A stretch of 64,000 nucleotides of DNA from Candidatus Fervidifonticultor secundus (GTDB lineage Bacteria > Sysuimicrobiota > Sysuimicrobiia > Sysuimicrobiales > Humicultoraceae), in NCBI GenBank assembly GCA_031459385.1, contig JAVKIP010000014.1:1-64000 (forward strand), given 5' to 3'. Under the pieces are notes generated by a model. That model worked only from the letters and a program-made list of their open reading frames with translations, made no database searches and had not been told where the DNA came from. How positions within the stretch are numbered: position 1 is the first letter of the stretch; every line of letters begins with the position of its first letter. The translations under genes were made by a program, and so were the position numbers. Shown piece after piece: positions 10,103 through 19,229 of the stretch.

Positions 10103-10142
10103 GACAGCGGACGGCTGGCCGGGCTGCCGGGAGATCGCGGCG

Positions 10143-10742
10143 GTGACGGACCGGGCACTGGCCGAGGCGATCATGCGCCGCGCGGAAGCGGAGCGCGCGC
10201 AGATTCTGGCAGAGGCCGCAGCCGAGGCCGCTGCACTGCGGGCCAGGGCGCAGGCCGATGCCGAGGCCGTGCGAGCCGCTGCGGCTGCCGCGGGCCGGAC
10301 GCGCGGCCGGCGCGAAGCAGCGCGCCTGCTGAGCCGCGCCCGCATGGACCTGCTGGCCGAGGAGACCCGGCTGCTGGATGCGGCAGTCCAGCGGGTCTTC
10401 GCCGGAGCTGCCGACGCTCTGGCCGCTGCGCGGCAGCGGCCCGACTATCCGGCGGTCTTCCGCCGCCTGCTCGATGAGGCCCTGGCGCAGGCGCCCCGCG
10501 ACGGCCCCATTGTCGTGCACGTCGACCCGCAGGATGCGGCGCTCGCGGCGGCCGGGGAGTTGCCGCAGGCCGCGCGTGTCGTACCCGACCTGCGCAGCGC
10601 AGGCGGCGCCATCGTCGAGGCATGGGCGGGGATGTGTGTCGTCGACAACACCCTGGAGACGCGCCTGCAGGCCCAGGCGCGCCGGCTGCGCCCGATGGTC
10701 GGGCGCCTGCTGGAGGCGGGATGGTCGGCTACGACTACCTGA
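10143..10742 (+). CDS. atpE: V/A-type ATPase subunit E
   Basis: N-terminal coiled coil; C-terminal GGAIV..VVDNTLETRL. Confidence 0.88.
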   Translation: MTDRALAEAIMRRAEAERAQILAEAAAEAAALRARAQADAEAVRAAAAAAGRTRGRREAARLLSRARMDLLAEETRLLDAAVQRVFAGAADALAAARQRPDYPAVFRRLLDEALAQAPRDGPIVVHVDPQDAALAAAGELPQAARVVPDLRSAGGAIVEAWAGMCVVDNTLETRLQAQARRLRPMVGRLLEAGWSATTT

Positions 10743-11725
10743 GCGCCCGGGCGCGGGGACTGCTGGGACGGCTGCTGCCGGCAGCGCGCGTGCGCGCGCT
10801 GTGCGCCCTCGACGGCGTCGAGGCCCTCCTGGCGGAGCTGTCGGTGACGCCCGGATACGCGGCAGACGTGGCCGCGGTCGCCGGCATCGCGCCGCCGCTG
10901 GAGGCCTGCGCGCAGGCCCTCGAGCGCCACCGGGTGCGCACGGCGCGGGTGCTGTGGGCGGCCGCCGGCGGCGAGGCGCGCGAGCTGATCGGCATCCTGC
11001 TCAGCCGCCACGACCTCGAGGCGGTCAAGATGATTTTACGGCGGTGGCACGCGCGCGAGGCCGGCGTCTGGCACGCGCCCGCGCCCGGTCTGCTCGACGG
11101 GCAGACGCTGCGGGCGCTCGATGCGGCCGGCAGCGTCCTGGCGCTGGCGGACCTGCTGGCGCTGACCGGTCCGGCCGGGGCGGCGCTGGCCCGCGCGCTC
11201 AGGGCCGCGCCCGCTGCCCGTCTTGCCGACCTCGAGGACCGGCTGGACGTCGCGTGGGCCGCGGATGCCCTGGCACGCTGCGGGTGCGGCCCGAACGGGC
11301 GCCTGGTCCGCGAGGTGCTGGGGTGGGAGATCGATACCCGCAACCTGCTGGCCGCGCTGCGGGGAGGGAGCGAGCACCTCGTCGTCCTGCCCGGCGGTCG
11401 CTATCTGCACGACGATCTGCTACAAGCCATCGCCGCAGAGGGGGACCGCGCGGCGGCGGCCGCCTGGCTCGCCCCCACCCCGTATGCCGGTGTGCTCGAC
11501 GGCGGCGCGCCGGTGCCCTGGCGCCGCATCGAGCGTGCCCTCGAGCGCCGCGTGCTGGCACTGCACCGGCGGATGCTGTTCGCCAGCGACCCGCTGGGCA
11601 TCGCGCCCGTCAGCTTTTTCCTCGCGGCCAAGCAGGCCGAGGTGCGCAACCTGCGCACGGTGGCCGCCGGCCTCGCCGCCGGGGTGCCGCCGTCGCTGAT
11701 GGAGGAAGAACTCGTCGATGCGTAA
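10721..11725 (+). CDS. atpC: V/A-type ATPase subunit C (d), divergent
   Basis: YDYLSARARG, EIDTRNL, KQAEVRNLR; operon position. Confidence 0.85.
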   Translation: MVGYDYLSARARGLLGRLLPAARVRALCALDGVEALLAELSVTPGYAADVAAVAGIAPPLEACAQALERHRVRTARVLWAAAGGEARELIGILLSRHDLEAVKMILRRWHAREAGVWHAPAPGLLDGQTLRALDAAGSVLALADLLALTGPAGAALARALRAAPAARLADLEDRLDVAWAADALARCGCGPNGRLVREVLGWEIDTRNLLAALRGGSEHLVVLPGGRYLHDDLLQAIAAEGDRAAAAAWLAPTPYAGVLDGGAPVPWRRIERALERRVLALHRRMLFASDPLGIAPVSFFLAAKQAEVRNLRTVAAGLAAGVPPSLMEEELVDA

Positions 11726-12035
11726 GGTCGTGGCCGTCTGTCCCGAGGCCGTGGCCGTGGGGTTCGCGCTGGCCGGGGTGGAGACGCGGGCCTACACCAC
11801 CGCGCGCCAGGGGCGGGCGCACCTCCTGGCCCTGGTGCGGTCGGCCGAGGCCGGCGTGGTGCTGGTGGACGACGCGATCGTCGACGCGCTGGAGGCACCG
11901 GCGCGCCGGATGGTGGAGGAGAGCGACGACCCGCTGGTCGTGCCGGTCCCCATGGCGCGCGGGGCCGCGCTGGAACGCGAGTACCTGGAACAGATGATCC
12001 GGCGCGTGATCGGCTACCAGGTCCGGCTGCGGTAG
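11718..12035 (+). CDS. atpF: V/A-type ATPase subunit F
   Basis: VGFALAGV, IRRVIG; 105 aa between C and A. Confidence 0.9.
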   Translation: MRKVVAVCPEAVAVGFALAGVETRAYTTARQGRAHLLALVRSAEAGVVLVDDAIVDALEAPARRMVEESDDPLVVPVPMARGAALEREYLEQMIRRVIGYQVRLR

Positions 12036-12053
12036 GGGACACGGAGAGGACCG

Positions 12054-13862
12054 ATGGGCACGGTGATCAGGATCATGGGGTCGCTGGTCCTGGCCGACGG
12101 GATGGATCGGTGCCGGCTCCACGATCTGGTCGCCGTTGGACAGCGGCGCCTCGCCGGCGAGGTGATCCGCGTGGACGAGGCCCGCGCCAGCATTCAGGTC
12201 TATGAGGACACCGCGGGCCTGGGATTGGGTGAACCCGTCGAGGACCTGCGCACCCCGCTGGCGGTGGAGTTGGGCCCCGGGCTGCTGGGGAGCATCTTCG
12301 ACGGCCTGCTGCGGCCGCTGCCGGCCGCCTTCGCCGAGACCGGCGCCTTCATGCAGCCGGGCGTGGCTGCAGCGTCGCTGGACCGCCAGCGCCTGTGGAC
12401 GTTCACCCCGCTGGTCGAGCCGGGAGCCGCGGTGGAGGCCGGCGACGCGGTGGGATGGGTGGAGGAAGGACCGCTGCGCCACCTGATCCTGGTCCCCCCG
12501 GGAACGAGGGGGATCGTGGCCACGGTCCGCCCAGGGCCGGCGCGCGTCGACGATACGGTGGTCATGCTGCACGACGGCGCCGTGCGGCTCGCGCACCGCT
12601 GGCCCATGCGACGGGCCAGGCCCCATCGGGGCCGGCTGCTATCGCGCCAGCCGGTGCTGACCGGGCAGCGGGTCTTCGACACTTTCTTCCCCATCGCGCG
12701 CGGCGGCGTGGCCGTGGTGCCGGGTGGGTTCGGCACCGGCAAGACGGTCGTGGAGCACCTGCTGGCCCGACACGCCGACGTCGACGTGATCGTCTACGTC
12801 GGGTGCGGGGAGCGCGGCAACGAAATGACGACCCTGCTGGCGGAGTTCCCCCGCCTGGCCGACCCGCGCACCGGCCGGCCGCTAGTGGAGCGCACGGTGC
12901 TCGTGGCCAACACTAGCAACATGCCGGTGGCGGCCCGGGAGGCGTCGATCTACGTGGGCATGACCGTGGCCGAGTACTACCGCGACATGGGTTACCACGT
13001 GGCGCTGATGGCCGACTCCACCAGCCGGTGGGCCGAGGCGCTGCGCGAGATCCACGGCCGCCTGGGCGAGATGCCGGGTGAGGAAGGCTACCCGCCGTAC
13101 CTGGCGGCGCGCCTGGCCGAGTTCTACGAGCGCGCGGGCCACGTCCGCTGCCTGGGGGCGCCTGCGCGCGAGGGATCGGTGAGCGTGGTGAGCGCCATCT
13201 CGCCGCCGGGCGGCGACTTCTCCGAGCCCGTGACCCAGGCGTCGCTGCGCGTGGCGGGGACGCTGTGGGCGCTGGACACGGACCTGGCCCACCGGCGACA
13301 CTTTCCCGCGGTCAGCTGGGTCGCCAGCTACTCGCAGGACGTGCCCGCGCTGGAAGCGTGGTTCGCAGACCACGCCTCGCCGGCCTGGTCGCGGCTGCGG
13401 GCCATGGCCATGCGCCTGCTACAGCAGGAGCAGGAACTGCAGCAGGTCGTCCAGGTCGTGGGCATGGACGCGCTTCCCGACGAGGAGCGCCTGCTGCTGG
13501 ACGCCGCACGCCTGCTGCGCGAGGGCTTCCTCCAGCAGGACGGGTTTCACCCCATCGACACTCCCTGCCCGCTGCCGCGCCAGGTGGCGATGCTGCGGCT
13601 CATCCTCGACTACCACCGGCACGCGGCGGAGGCCCTGCGCGCCGGGATGCCGCTCGAGTCCCTGCTGGCGCATCCGCTGCGTGAACGGCTCCTGCGGCTG
13701 CGCGAGGTCTCCCACGAGGAGTTCAATGCGGTCGTGGCCGCGCTCGACGGCGAGATCGCGGCGCTGCACGAGGCCGCCCCGGGCGCAGGCGAGCTGCCGC
13801 AGGAGGGTGCGCCGCGCCTGGCCACCGGCCCGGGGGAGCGTCGGCTGGAGGGCGGTCCGTGA
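12054..13862 (+). CDS. atpA: V/A-type ATPase catalytic subunit A
   Basis: GGFGTGKT P-loop, GCGERGNEM, ANTSNMPVAAREAS, DSTSRWAEALRE. Confidence 0.97.
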   Translation: MGTVIRIMGSLVLADGMDRCRLHDLVAVGQRRLAGEVIRVDEARASIQVYEDTAGLGLGEPVEDLRTPLAVELGPGLLGSIFDGLLRPLPAAFAETGAFMQPGVAAASLDRQRLWTFTPLVEPGAAVEAGDAVGWVEEGPLRHLILVPPGTRGIVATVRPGPARVDDTVVMLHDGAVRLAHRWPMRRARPHRGRLLSRQPVLTGQRVFDTFFPIARGGVAVVPGGFGTGKTVVEHLLARHADVDVIVYVGCGERGNEMTTLLAEFPRLADPRTGRPLVERTVLVANTSNMPVAAREASIYVGMTVAEYYRDMGYHVALMADSTSRWAEALREIHGRLGEMPGEEGYPPYLAARLAEFYERAGHVRCLGAPAREGSVSVVSAISPPGGDFSEPVTQASLRVAGTLWALDTDLAHRRHFPAVSWVASYSQDVPALEAWFADHASPAWSRLRAMAMRLLQQEQELQQVVQVVGMDALPDEERLLLDAARLLREGFLQQDGFHPIDTPCPLPRQVAMLRLILDYHRHAAEALRAGMPLESLLAHPLRERLLRLREVSHEEFNAVVAALDGEIAALHEAAPGAGELPQEGAPRLATGPGERRLEGGP

Positions 13863-15250
13863 CCGGCCCGGTGCTGACCTACCGCACGGTCTCTCGGCTG
13901 TCGGGTCCGCTGGTCTTCGTCCGCGGGGTGCGCCAGGCCACCTACGGCGCGGTGGTGGAGCTGATCCTCGACGATGGCACGCGTCGGCGCGGCCAGATCA
14001 TCGACGCCTCGGGCGAGCTGTCGTGCGTGCAGGTCTTCGAGACCACCGAGGGGCTCGATGTGCGCACCACGGCCGTGCAGCTCGGCGAGGCGCAGGTGCT
14101 GGTGGAGGTGACGCGCCGCTGCCTGGGGCGGGCCTTCACCGGTATCGGTCTGCCGCTGGACGGCCTGCCGCCCGTGGTGCCCGACCGCCTGGTGCCTGCG
14201 GCCGGGGCGCCGCTCAACCCTTACGCACGGGAGGAGCCGGCAGAGTGCATCCAGACCGGCCTGTCGGTCATCGACGGCATGAACACGCTGGTGCGGGGGC
14301 AGAAGCTGCCCATCTTCTCGGGGGCCGGGCTGCCGGCGCACGAGGTGGCGGCCCAGATCATCGAGCACGCGCAGTTGCCCGGCGGCGAGCCCTTTGCCGT
14401 CATCTTCGCCGGCATCGGCATCACCGGCCGCGAGGCGGAGTTCTTCCTGGAGACCTTCGAGCAGTCCGGTGCCCGCGAGCGCACGGCGCTCTACCTGAAC
14501 CGTGCCGACGATCCCGCGGTGGAGCGGTTGCTGGTGCCGCGATTCGCGCTGGCGCTGGCGGAGCACCTTGCGTTCGACCTGGAGATGCACGTGCTGGTGG
14601 TACTGGCGGATATGACGGCCTACTGCGAGGCGCTGCGGCAGGTGGCGCTGGCACGGCGCGAGGTGCCAGGCCGGCGCGGCTTTCCCGGGTTCATGTACAC
14701 CGACCTGGCCACGATCTACGAGCGGGCCGGCCGCATCAAGGGACGGGGCGGTTCCCTCACCCAGGTGCCAATCCTCACCATGCCCGATGACGACATCACC
14801 CACCCCATTCCCGACCTCACCGGGTATGTCACCGAGGGCCAGATCGTGCTGAGCCGCGATCTGCACCGCCGCGAGATCTTCCCCCCGGTGGACGTGCTGC
14901 CATGCCTGTCGCGGCTGATGCACCTGGGCATCGGGCCCGGCAAGACCCGCGAGGACCACAAGGCCCTCTCCAATCAGCTGTATGCCGCCTATGCCCGTGG
15001 GGTCGACGCGCGCCGGTTGCGCGACATCGTGGGTGCCGATGCCTTGAGCGAGCTCGACCGCACCTACCTGGCCTTCGCCGAGGAGTTCGAGGAGCGCTTC
15101 ATCGGGCAGGGGCGCCAGCCACGCACGCTCGTCGAGACCCTGGACCTGGGCTGGGAGCTGCTGCGCCGGCTGCCGCGCGCCGAATTGAGCCGCATCGACC
15201 AGCGGCTGCTCCAGCGCTATCTCGGCTCCGCCGGGCCCGCGGCGCCGTGA
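13859..15250 (+). CDS. atpB: V/A-type ATPase subunit B
   Basis: GQKLPIFSG, DMTAYCEALR, MYTDLATIYERAG, DDITHPIPDLTGY. Confidence 0.97.
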   Translation: MTGPVLTYRTVSRLSGPLVFVRGVRQATYGAVVELILDDGTRRRGQIIDASGELSCVQVFETTEGLDVRTTAVQLGEAQVLVEVTRRCLGRAFTGIGLPLDGLPPVVPDRLVPAAGAPLNPYAREEPAECIQTGLSVIDGMNTLVRGQKLPIFSGAGLPAHEVAAQIIEHAQLPGGEPFAVIFAGIGITGREAEFFLETFEQSGARERTALYLNRADDPAVERLLVPRFALALAEHLAFDLEMHVLVVLADMTAYCEALRQVALARREVPGRRGFPGFMYTDLATIYERAGRIKGRGGSLTQVPILTMPDDDITHPIPDLTGYVTEGQIVLSRDLHRREIFPPVDVLPCLSRLMHLGIGPGKTREDHKALSNQLYAAYARGVDARRLRDIVGADALSELDRTYLAFAEEFEERFIGQGRQPRTLVETLDLGWELLRRLPRAELSRIDQRLLQRYLGSAGPAAP

Positions 15251-15873
15251 AGCGGACCCGCACGGCCCTGCTGGCGGCGCGGGCGGCGCACGCGCTGGCT
15301 GCCCGCGGCCAGGAGGTCCTCGCCCGCAAGCGTGACGCGTTGCTGCAGGAGATGCTGCGCAGCGCCCGCGAGGTGCTGGCGGCGCGCCAGGATCTCGCGG
15401 CCCTGGCCGCCGAGGCAGTGACGGCGCTGGCGGCGGCCCGCGGGCACGAGGGTCCGGACGGCCTGCGGTCCGCCGCGGCCGCAGCGACGCGCGAGGTGCT
15501 GGTCGATGTGGAGGTGCGCAACGTCTGGGGCGTCCGGGTGCCGACGGTGCACACGGCGCCCGTGGTCCGGCGGCCGGCCGACCGGGGCTATGGCCTGCTG
15601 GGCACGTCGGCCAGCGTCGACGACGCCGCCGAGGCCTTCGAGCGCCTGGTGGGGGTGGCGCTCGAGCACGCGCCGCGCGAGGTACGGCTGCGCCGTCTGG
15701 CTGCCGAGATCCGCAGGACGGGCCGGAAGGTGAACACGCTGCAATACGTGCTGATCCCCCGCCTGGCGCGGGAGGAACGCACCATCGCAGGCGCGCTGGA
15801 CGAACAGGAGCGCGAAGACCTCTTCCGGCTACAGCTCTTAGGGCAGGAGGGCCTGGACCCATCGACGCGGTGA
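15247..15873 (+). CDS. atpD: V/A-type ATPase subunit D
   Basis: LARKRDALL, NVWGVRVP, RKVNTLQYVLIP, LDEQEREDLFRL. Confidence 0.92.
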   Translation: MKRTRTALLAARAAHALAARGQEVLARKRDALLQEMLRSAREVLAARQDLAALAAEAVTALAAARGHEGPDGLRSAAAAATREVLVDVEVRNVWGVRVPTVHTAPVVRRPADRGYGLLGTSASVDDAAEAFERLVGVALEHAPREVRLRRLAAEIRRTGRKVNTLQYVLIPRLAREERTIAGALDEQEREDLFRLQLLGQEGLDPSTR

Positions 15874-17228
15874 CCCGGTTCCCCGACGATGCCGCGGGCG
15901 TCCGCTGGCTGATCCGCGTACGGTGGCTGGCGGCGGCGGCCGTAGCTCTGGCGGCGGCGGCGCTGCCTGCGGCCGCCGCGCGGGCCGGTGTCCCGCTGGC
16001 TGGCAGGACGGGCCCGATAGCCGCCCTGGCCGTCGCCATCGCCGCCTACAACGCGGTCTTCTGGCTGCGGTGGCGGCGCCGGCGGGCGGTGACCCGCGCC
16101 GACACGCACCCCACCGTCGTGGCGCAGATCGCCCTGGACCTGGTGGCGCTGTCGGCACTGCTCCACGCCAGCGGCACGGTCGAGAACCCGCTGATCGTCG
16201 CCTACGTCTTCCACGTGGTCATCGCGGCCACGCTGCTCTCGCCGCGCGCCGCGTTCCTGACCGCGGGCGCGGGCCTGCTCCTGGCCGGGAGCCTGAGCCT
16301 GGCGGAGATGACCGACCTCCTCCCGCACCGGCCGCTGGTGCGCCTGCTCCCCTCCGACCTGTACCGTCGCCCCGCGTACGTGGGCAACATACTGCTGTCG
16401 CTGCTGGTGCTGCTGGCCACCACAGCGTACATCACCGCCACCATCGCGCGGCGGCTGGCCGACCGCGAGCGGGCGCTGGCTGCGGCCACCGACCTGCTGG
16501 CCGCGTCCGAGCGGCGCAAGTCGCAGTACGTGCTCATGCTCGCCCACACCGTCGACACCGCGCTGGGCGATGCGCGCCAGGCGCTGGCGGTGGTCGATGG
16601 CCAGATGCGGGGAGAGGTCTCCGAGCGTGCGCGGGCCATGCTGGCACGCGTGCAGACCTGGCTGGCGGGGCTGGAGACGTTCGTGCGCGACGTGCTGGAT
16701 CTCTCGAGCCTCAGGGCGGCCGGCGACCTGCCCCGGTCGCACGTCTACGTGCCGCGGGTGCTGTACGAGGCCGTCAGCGATCTGCGCGACGTCGCGGCGG
16801 AGCGCGGGTGCGTTCTCGATGTGCAGGTCCCCGCCCGCGTGCCCCCGGTCTTCGCCAACGGGCCGGCGCTACTGCAGGCGCTGCGCAACCTGCTGCGCAA
16901 CGCCGTGGTCTTCGGCCGCCCCGGCGGGCGGGTGGTGGCCCGCATCGAGGTCGATGCCGACCGCCTGCGCGTGGTCGTGGCCGACGACGGGCCGGGCATC
17001 GCGCCCGAGGATCTGCCCTTCATCTTCGACGAGTTCTACCGCGCCGAGCGCACGCGCCACCTGGTGCCGGGCCGCGGCCTGGGCCTGGCCATCGTGAAGT
17101 ACGTGGCCGAGATCCACGGGGGCGACGTGACGGTCTCCACGCGCGTCGGGGAAGGGAGCACGTTCACCCTGACCCTGCCCGTGGCCCCAGCCGAGGCCGC
17201 CGGGAGCGCTGCGGCCGCGTCCCCGTAG
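15870..17228 (+). CDS. Membrane sensor histidine kinase (orphan, atypical H-box)
   Basis: About 5-6 TM segments; N box NLLRNA, G1 DDGPGI, F box FDEFYR, G2 GRGLGLAI; GTGA overlap with atpD. Confidence 0.88.
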   Translation: MTRFPDDAAGVRWLIRVRWLAAAAVALAAAALPAAAARAGVPLAGRTGPIAALAVAIAAYNAVFWLRWRRRRAVTRADTHPTVVAQIALDLVALSALLHASGTVENPLIVAYVFHVVIAATLLSPRAAFLTAGAGLLLAGSLSLAEMTDLLPHRPLVRLLPSDLYRRPAYVGNILLSLLVLLATTAYITATIARRLADRERALAAATDLLAASERRKSQYVLMLAHTVDTALGDARQALAVVDGQMRGEVSERARAMLARVQTWLAGLETFVRDVLDLSSLRAAGDLPRSHVYVPRVLYEAVSDLRDVAAERGCVLDVQVPARVPPVFANGPALLQALRNLLRNAVVFGRPGGRVVARIEVDADRLRVVVADDGPGIAPEDLPFIFDEFYRAERTRHLVPGRGLGLAIVKYVAEIHGGDVTVSTRVGEGSTFTLTLPVAPAEAAGSAAAASP

Positions 17229-17269
17229 GCGGCACCGCCGGGAGGGCCGCGGCCGCGTCCCCGCAGGCG
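17197..17269. repeat. 35-bp tandem direct repeat (3 mismatches)
   Basis: 17197-17231 CCGCCGGGAGCGCTGCGGCCGCGTCCCCGTAGGCG vs 17235-17269 CCGCCGGGAGGGCCGCGGCCGCGTCCCCGCAGGCG. Confidence 0.7.
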
Positions 17270-17755
17270 TCACCGCTTCCTGCTCAGCAGGTTCTCCAGG
17301 AACTCCTCGTGCCGCACCTCGTCGGCGAGCAGCTCCGTGGCCAGCTGGTAGGTGACGGGATCCTTGCCGAAGGTCATGGTGGCCAGGCGCTGGTAGGCCT
17401 GGATCGCCGCGGCCTCGGCCTTGAGCTGGTCGGCGACCATGCCGTCGGCGTCGGCCCGGTCCTGGCGCGGCGCGGTCCACGGGCCGTTGGCGCCCTGCTC
17501 CCAGGCGGCCGGGGGCACGACGGGATCGCCGCCCAGCTCAAGGATGCGGTTGGCCAGCTTCTCCGCGTGGCCCAGTTCGTCGCGGGCTTCGTCCTTGAAG
17601 TGCTCGGTCAGCTCCTCGCCGTGCCACCCTTCGGCCACCAGCGCAGTGATCCAGTAGGAGTAGAACGCCAGCAGCTCATCCAGGTAGGCTTTCCGCAGCT
17701 CGGCGATCAGGTCGTCGACGTCCAGCTCGACGATCGCACGTCCGGTCTGTCCCAT
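17270..17755 (-). CDS. Ferritin-like (DPSL/bacterioferritin-related) protein
   Basis: AYLDE..YSYW, DELGH, AEAAAI..Y, KDPVTY, DEVRHEE diiron pattern; AGGAGG RBS. Confidence 0.88.
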   Translation of the reverse strand: MGQTGRAIVELDVDDLIAELRKAYLDELLAFYSYWITALVAEGWHGEELTEHFKDEARDELGHAEKLANRILELGGDPVVPPAAWEQGANGPWTAPRQDRADADGMVADQLKAEAAAIQAYQRLATMTFGKDPVTYQLATELLADEVRHEEFLENLLSRKR

Positions 17756-17828
17756 CGTTTCCTCCTCCTTGCGGTGGCATTGGACACGCGCGGCGCAGCC
17801 TGTATGCCCTGCCCCACGCGCGCGATGG

Positions 17829-18182
17829 CTACGCGCCCACGAACCCCTCGACGGGCACCAGGCGCTTCGCGACAGGATCGACTGCCAGGAACAGGCTCTC
17901 CAGGGCCACGGCACCCAGCAGCGGAGGACCACCGGGCGCCACGAAGCAGGGCGTGGTGACTTCCTGCCCGTTCAGTGCCAGCCGGACCTCCGCCACCGGC
18001 CACACCTCCCGCCGCCCGCCGGCCACGACCACCGGCTGCTGCCGGGTGGGGCGCAGGCCCAGTCGGTCTGCCAGGTCGCGTGGGACGACCAGCAGGGTGG
18101 CGCCGGTATCCACCAGCAGGTCCGCGTCTTCGGCGACGCCCGTCGGCCCGGTGAGGCGCGCGGTGACGCGAAAGAGTCCCAT
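17829..18182 (-). CDS. Clan AA retropepsin-like aspartyl protease
   Basis: LVDTGAT and LLGAVALE motifs; 117 aa; appears leaderless. Confidence 0.85.
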   Translation of the reverse strand: MGLFRVTARLTGPTGVAEDADLLVDTGATLLVVPRDLADRLGLRPTRQQPVVVAGGRREVWPVAEVRLALNGQEVTTPCFVAPGGPPLLGAVALESLFLAVDPVAKRLVPVEGFVGA

Positions 18183-18254
18183 ATTTTTATAATAGCATCC
18201 CGCAACGGCCGCTGAGCGAGGGCGCTACCAGGGCCTCCAGGATCGCCTCGGGGG

Positions 18255-19229
18255 TCACGCCCGACCTGCGGCCGCAGGCAGCAGGCGTCGGAGCATGATG
18301 ACCAGGACCAGGATCACGCCCCACAGGGCATTGGCCAGGTGGGCGCTGAACCCCATGAGGTTGAAGCCGGTGGCGACCACCTGCAGAATCGCCACCGCCA
18401 CCACCAGCCCGGTCACCGTGCCCGCACCGCCCGAGGGGTCCACGCCGCCGAGCACGGCGATGAGGACCGTCAGCAGCAGGAACGACGATCCGTAGTCGGC
18501 CTGAGCGGCGTTGAATCGGGCGATGAGCAGCAGACCGGCCACGCCGGCCAGGAAGCCCGAGGCGAGGTACGTGCGGAAGAGCATCGCCGCCACGTCGATG
18601 CCGGAGAAACGGGTGGCCGTGGGATTGGACCCCAGCAGGTACGCCACCACGCCGAACGGGGTGCGGGTCAGCGTCACTGCCAGAACCGCCGCCCCGGTGG
18701 CGAAGAGCAGGAAGGGTACCGGGATCCCCAGCAACGAGCCGCCGCCAAGGAAGAGGAAGGGTTCGGGGAAACCGGCTAGCACCGCCCCGCGCGTGACGGC
18801 CAGAGCGAAGCCTTTGACGAAGATCATAGACGCCAGCGTGGTGATGATGGGGGGGACCTCCAGGTACGCCACGATGCCGCCGTTGACGGCCCCCACGGCG
18901 AGCGCGGCGGCCAGCCCCAGGACCACGGCCACGGGCGTCGCATGCCAGAAGGCCCCCTGCTTGAGCACGTAGGCGGCCGCGATGCCGGCGAGGTTGGCGG
19001 TGGAGATGATGGAGAGGTCGATGCCGCCGGTGAGCATGGGCAGCAGCTGCGCCAGCGTCAGCATGCCCAGCAGCGGCATCTGGACCGCCATGGATGCCAG
19101 GCTGTCCAGCGTCAGGAGCCGCCCGTCGGTGACGGCTGCCAGGAACACGGTCACCACCGCCAGCACCAGGCCCAGGATGGCCAGCTCGCCGTAGCGGGCC
19201 GTCCAGGATGCCGGCGGGCTACGCCACAT
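18255..19229 (-). CDS. Sugar (CUT2) ABC transporter permease
   Basis: GGIDLS, PPIITTL, GSNPTATRFSGI, AVLGG. Confidence 0.92.
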   Translation of the reverse strand: MWRSPPASWTARYGELAILGLVLAVVTVFLAAVTDGRLLTLDSLASMAVQMPLLGMLTLAQLLPMLTGGIDLSIISTANLAGIAAAYVLKQGAFWHATPVAVVLGLAAALAVGAVNGGIVAYLEVPPIITTLASMIFVKGFALAVTRGAVLAGFPEPFLFLGGGSLLGIPVPFLLFATGAAVLAVTLTRTPFGVVAYLLGSNPTATRFSGIDVAAMLFRTYLASGFLAGVAGLLLIARFNAAQADYGSSFLLLTVLIAVLGGVDPSGGAGTVTGLVVAVAILQVVATGFNLMGFSAHLANALWGVILVLVIMLRRLLPAAAGRA

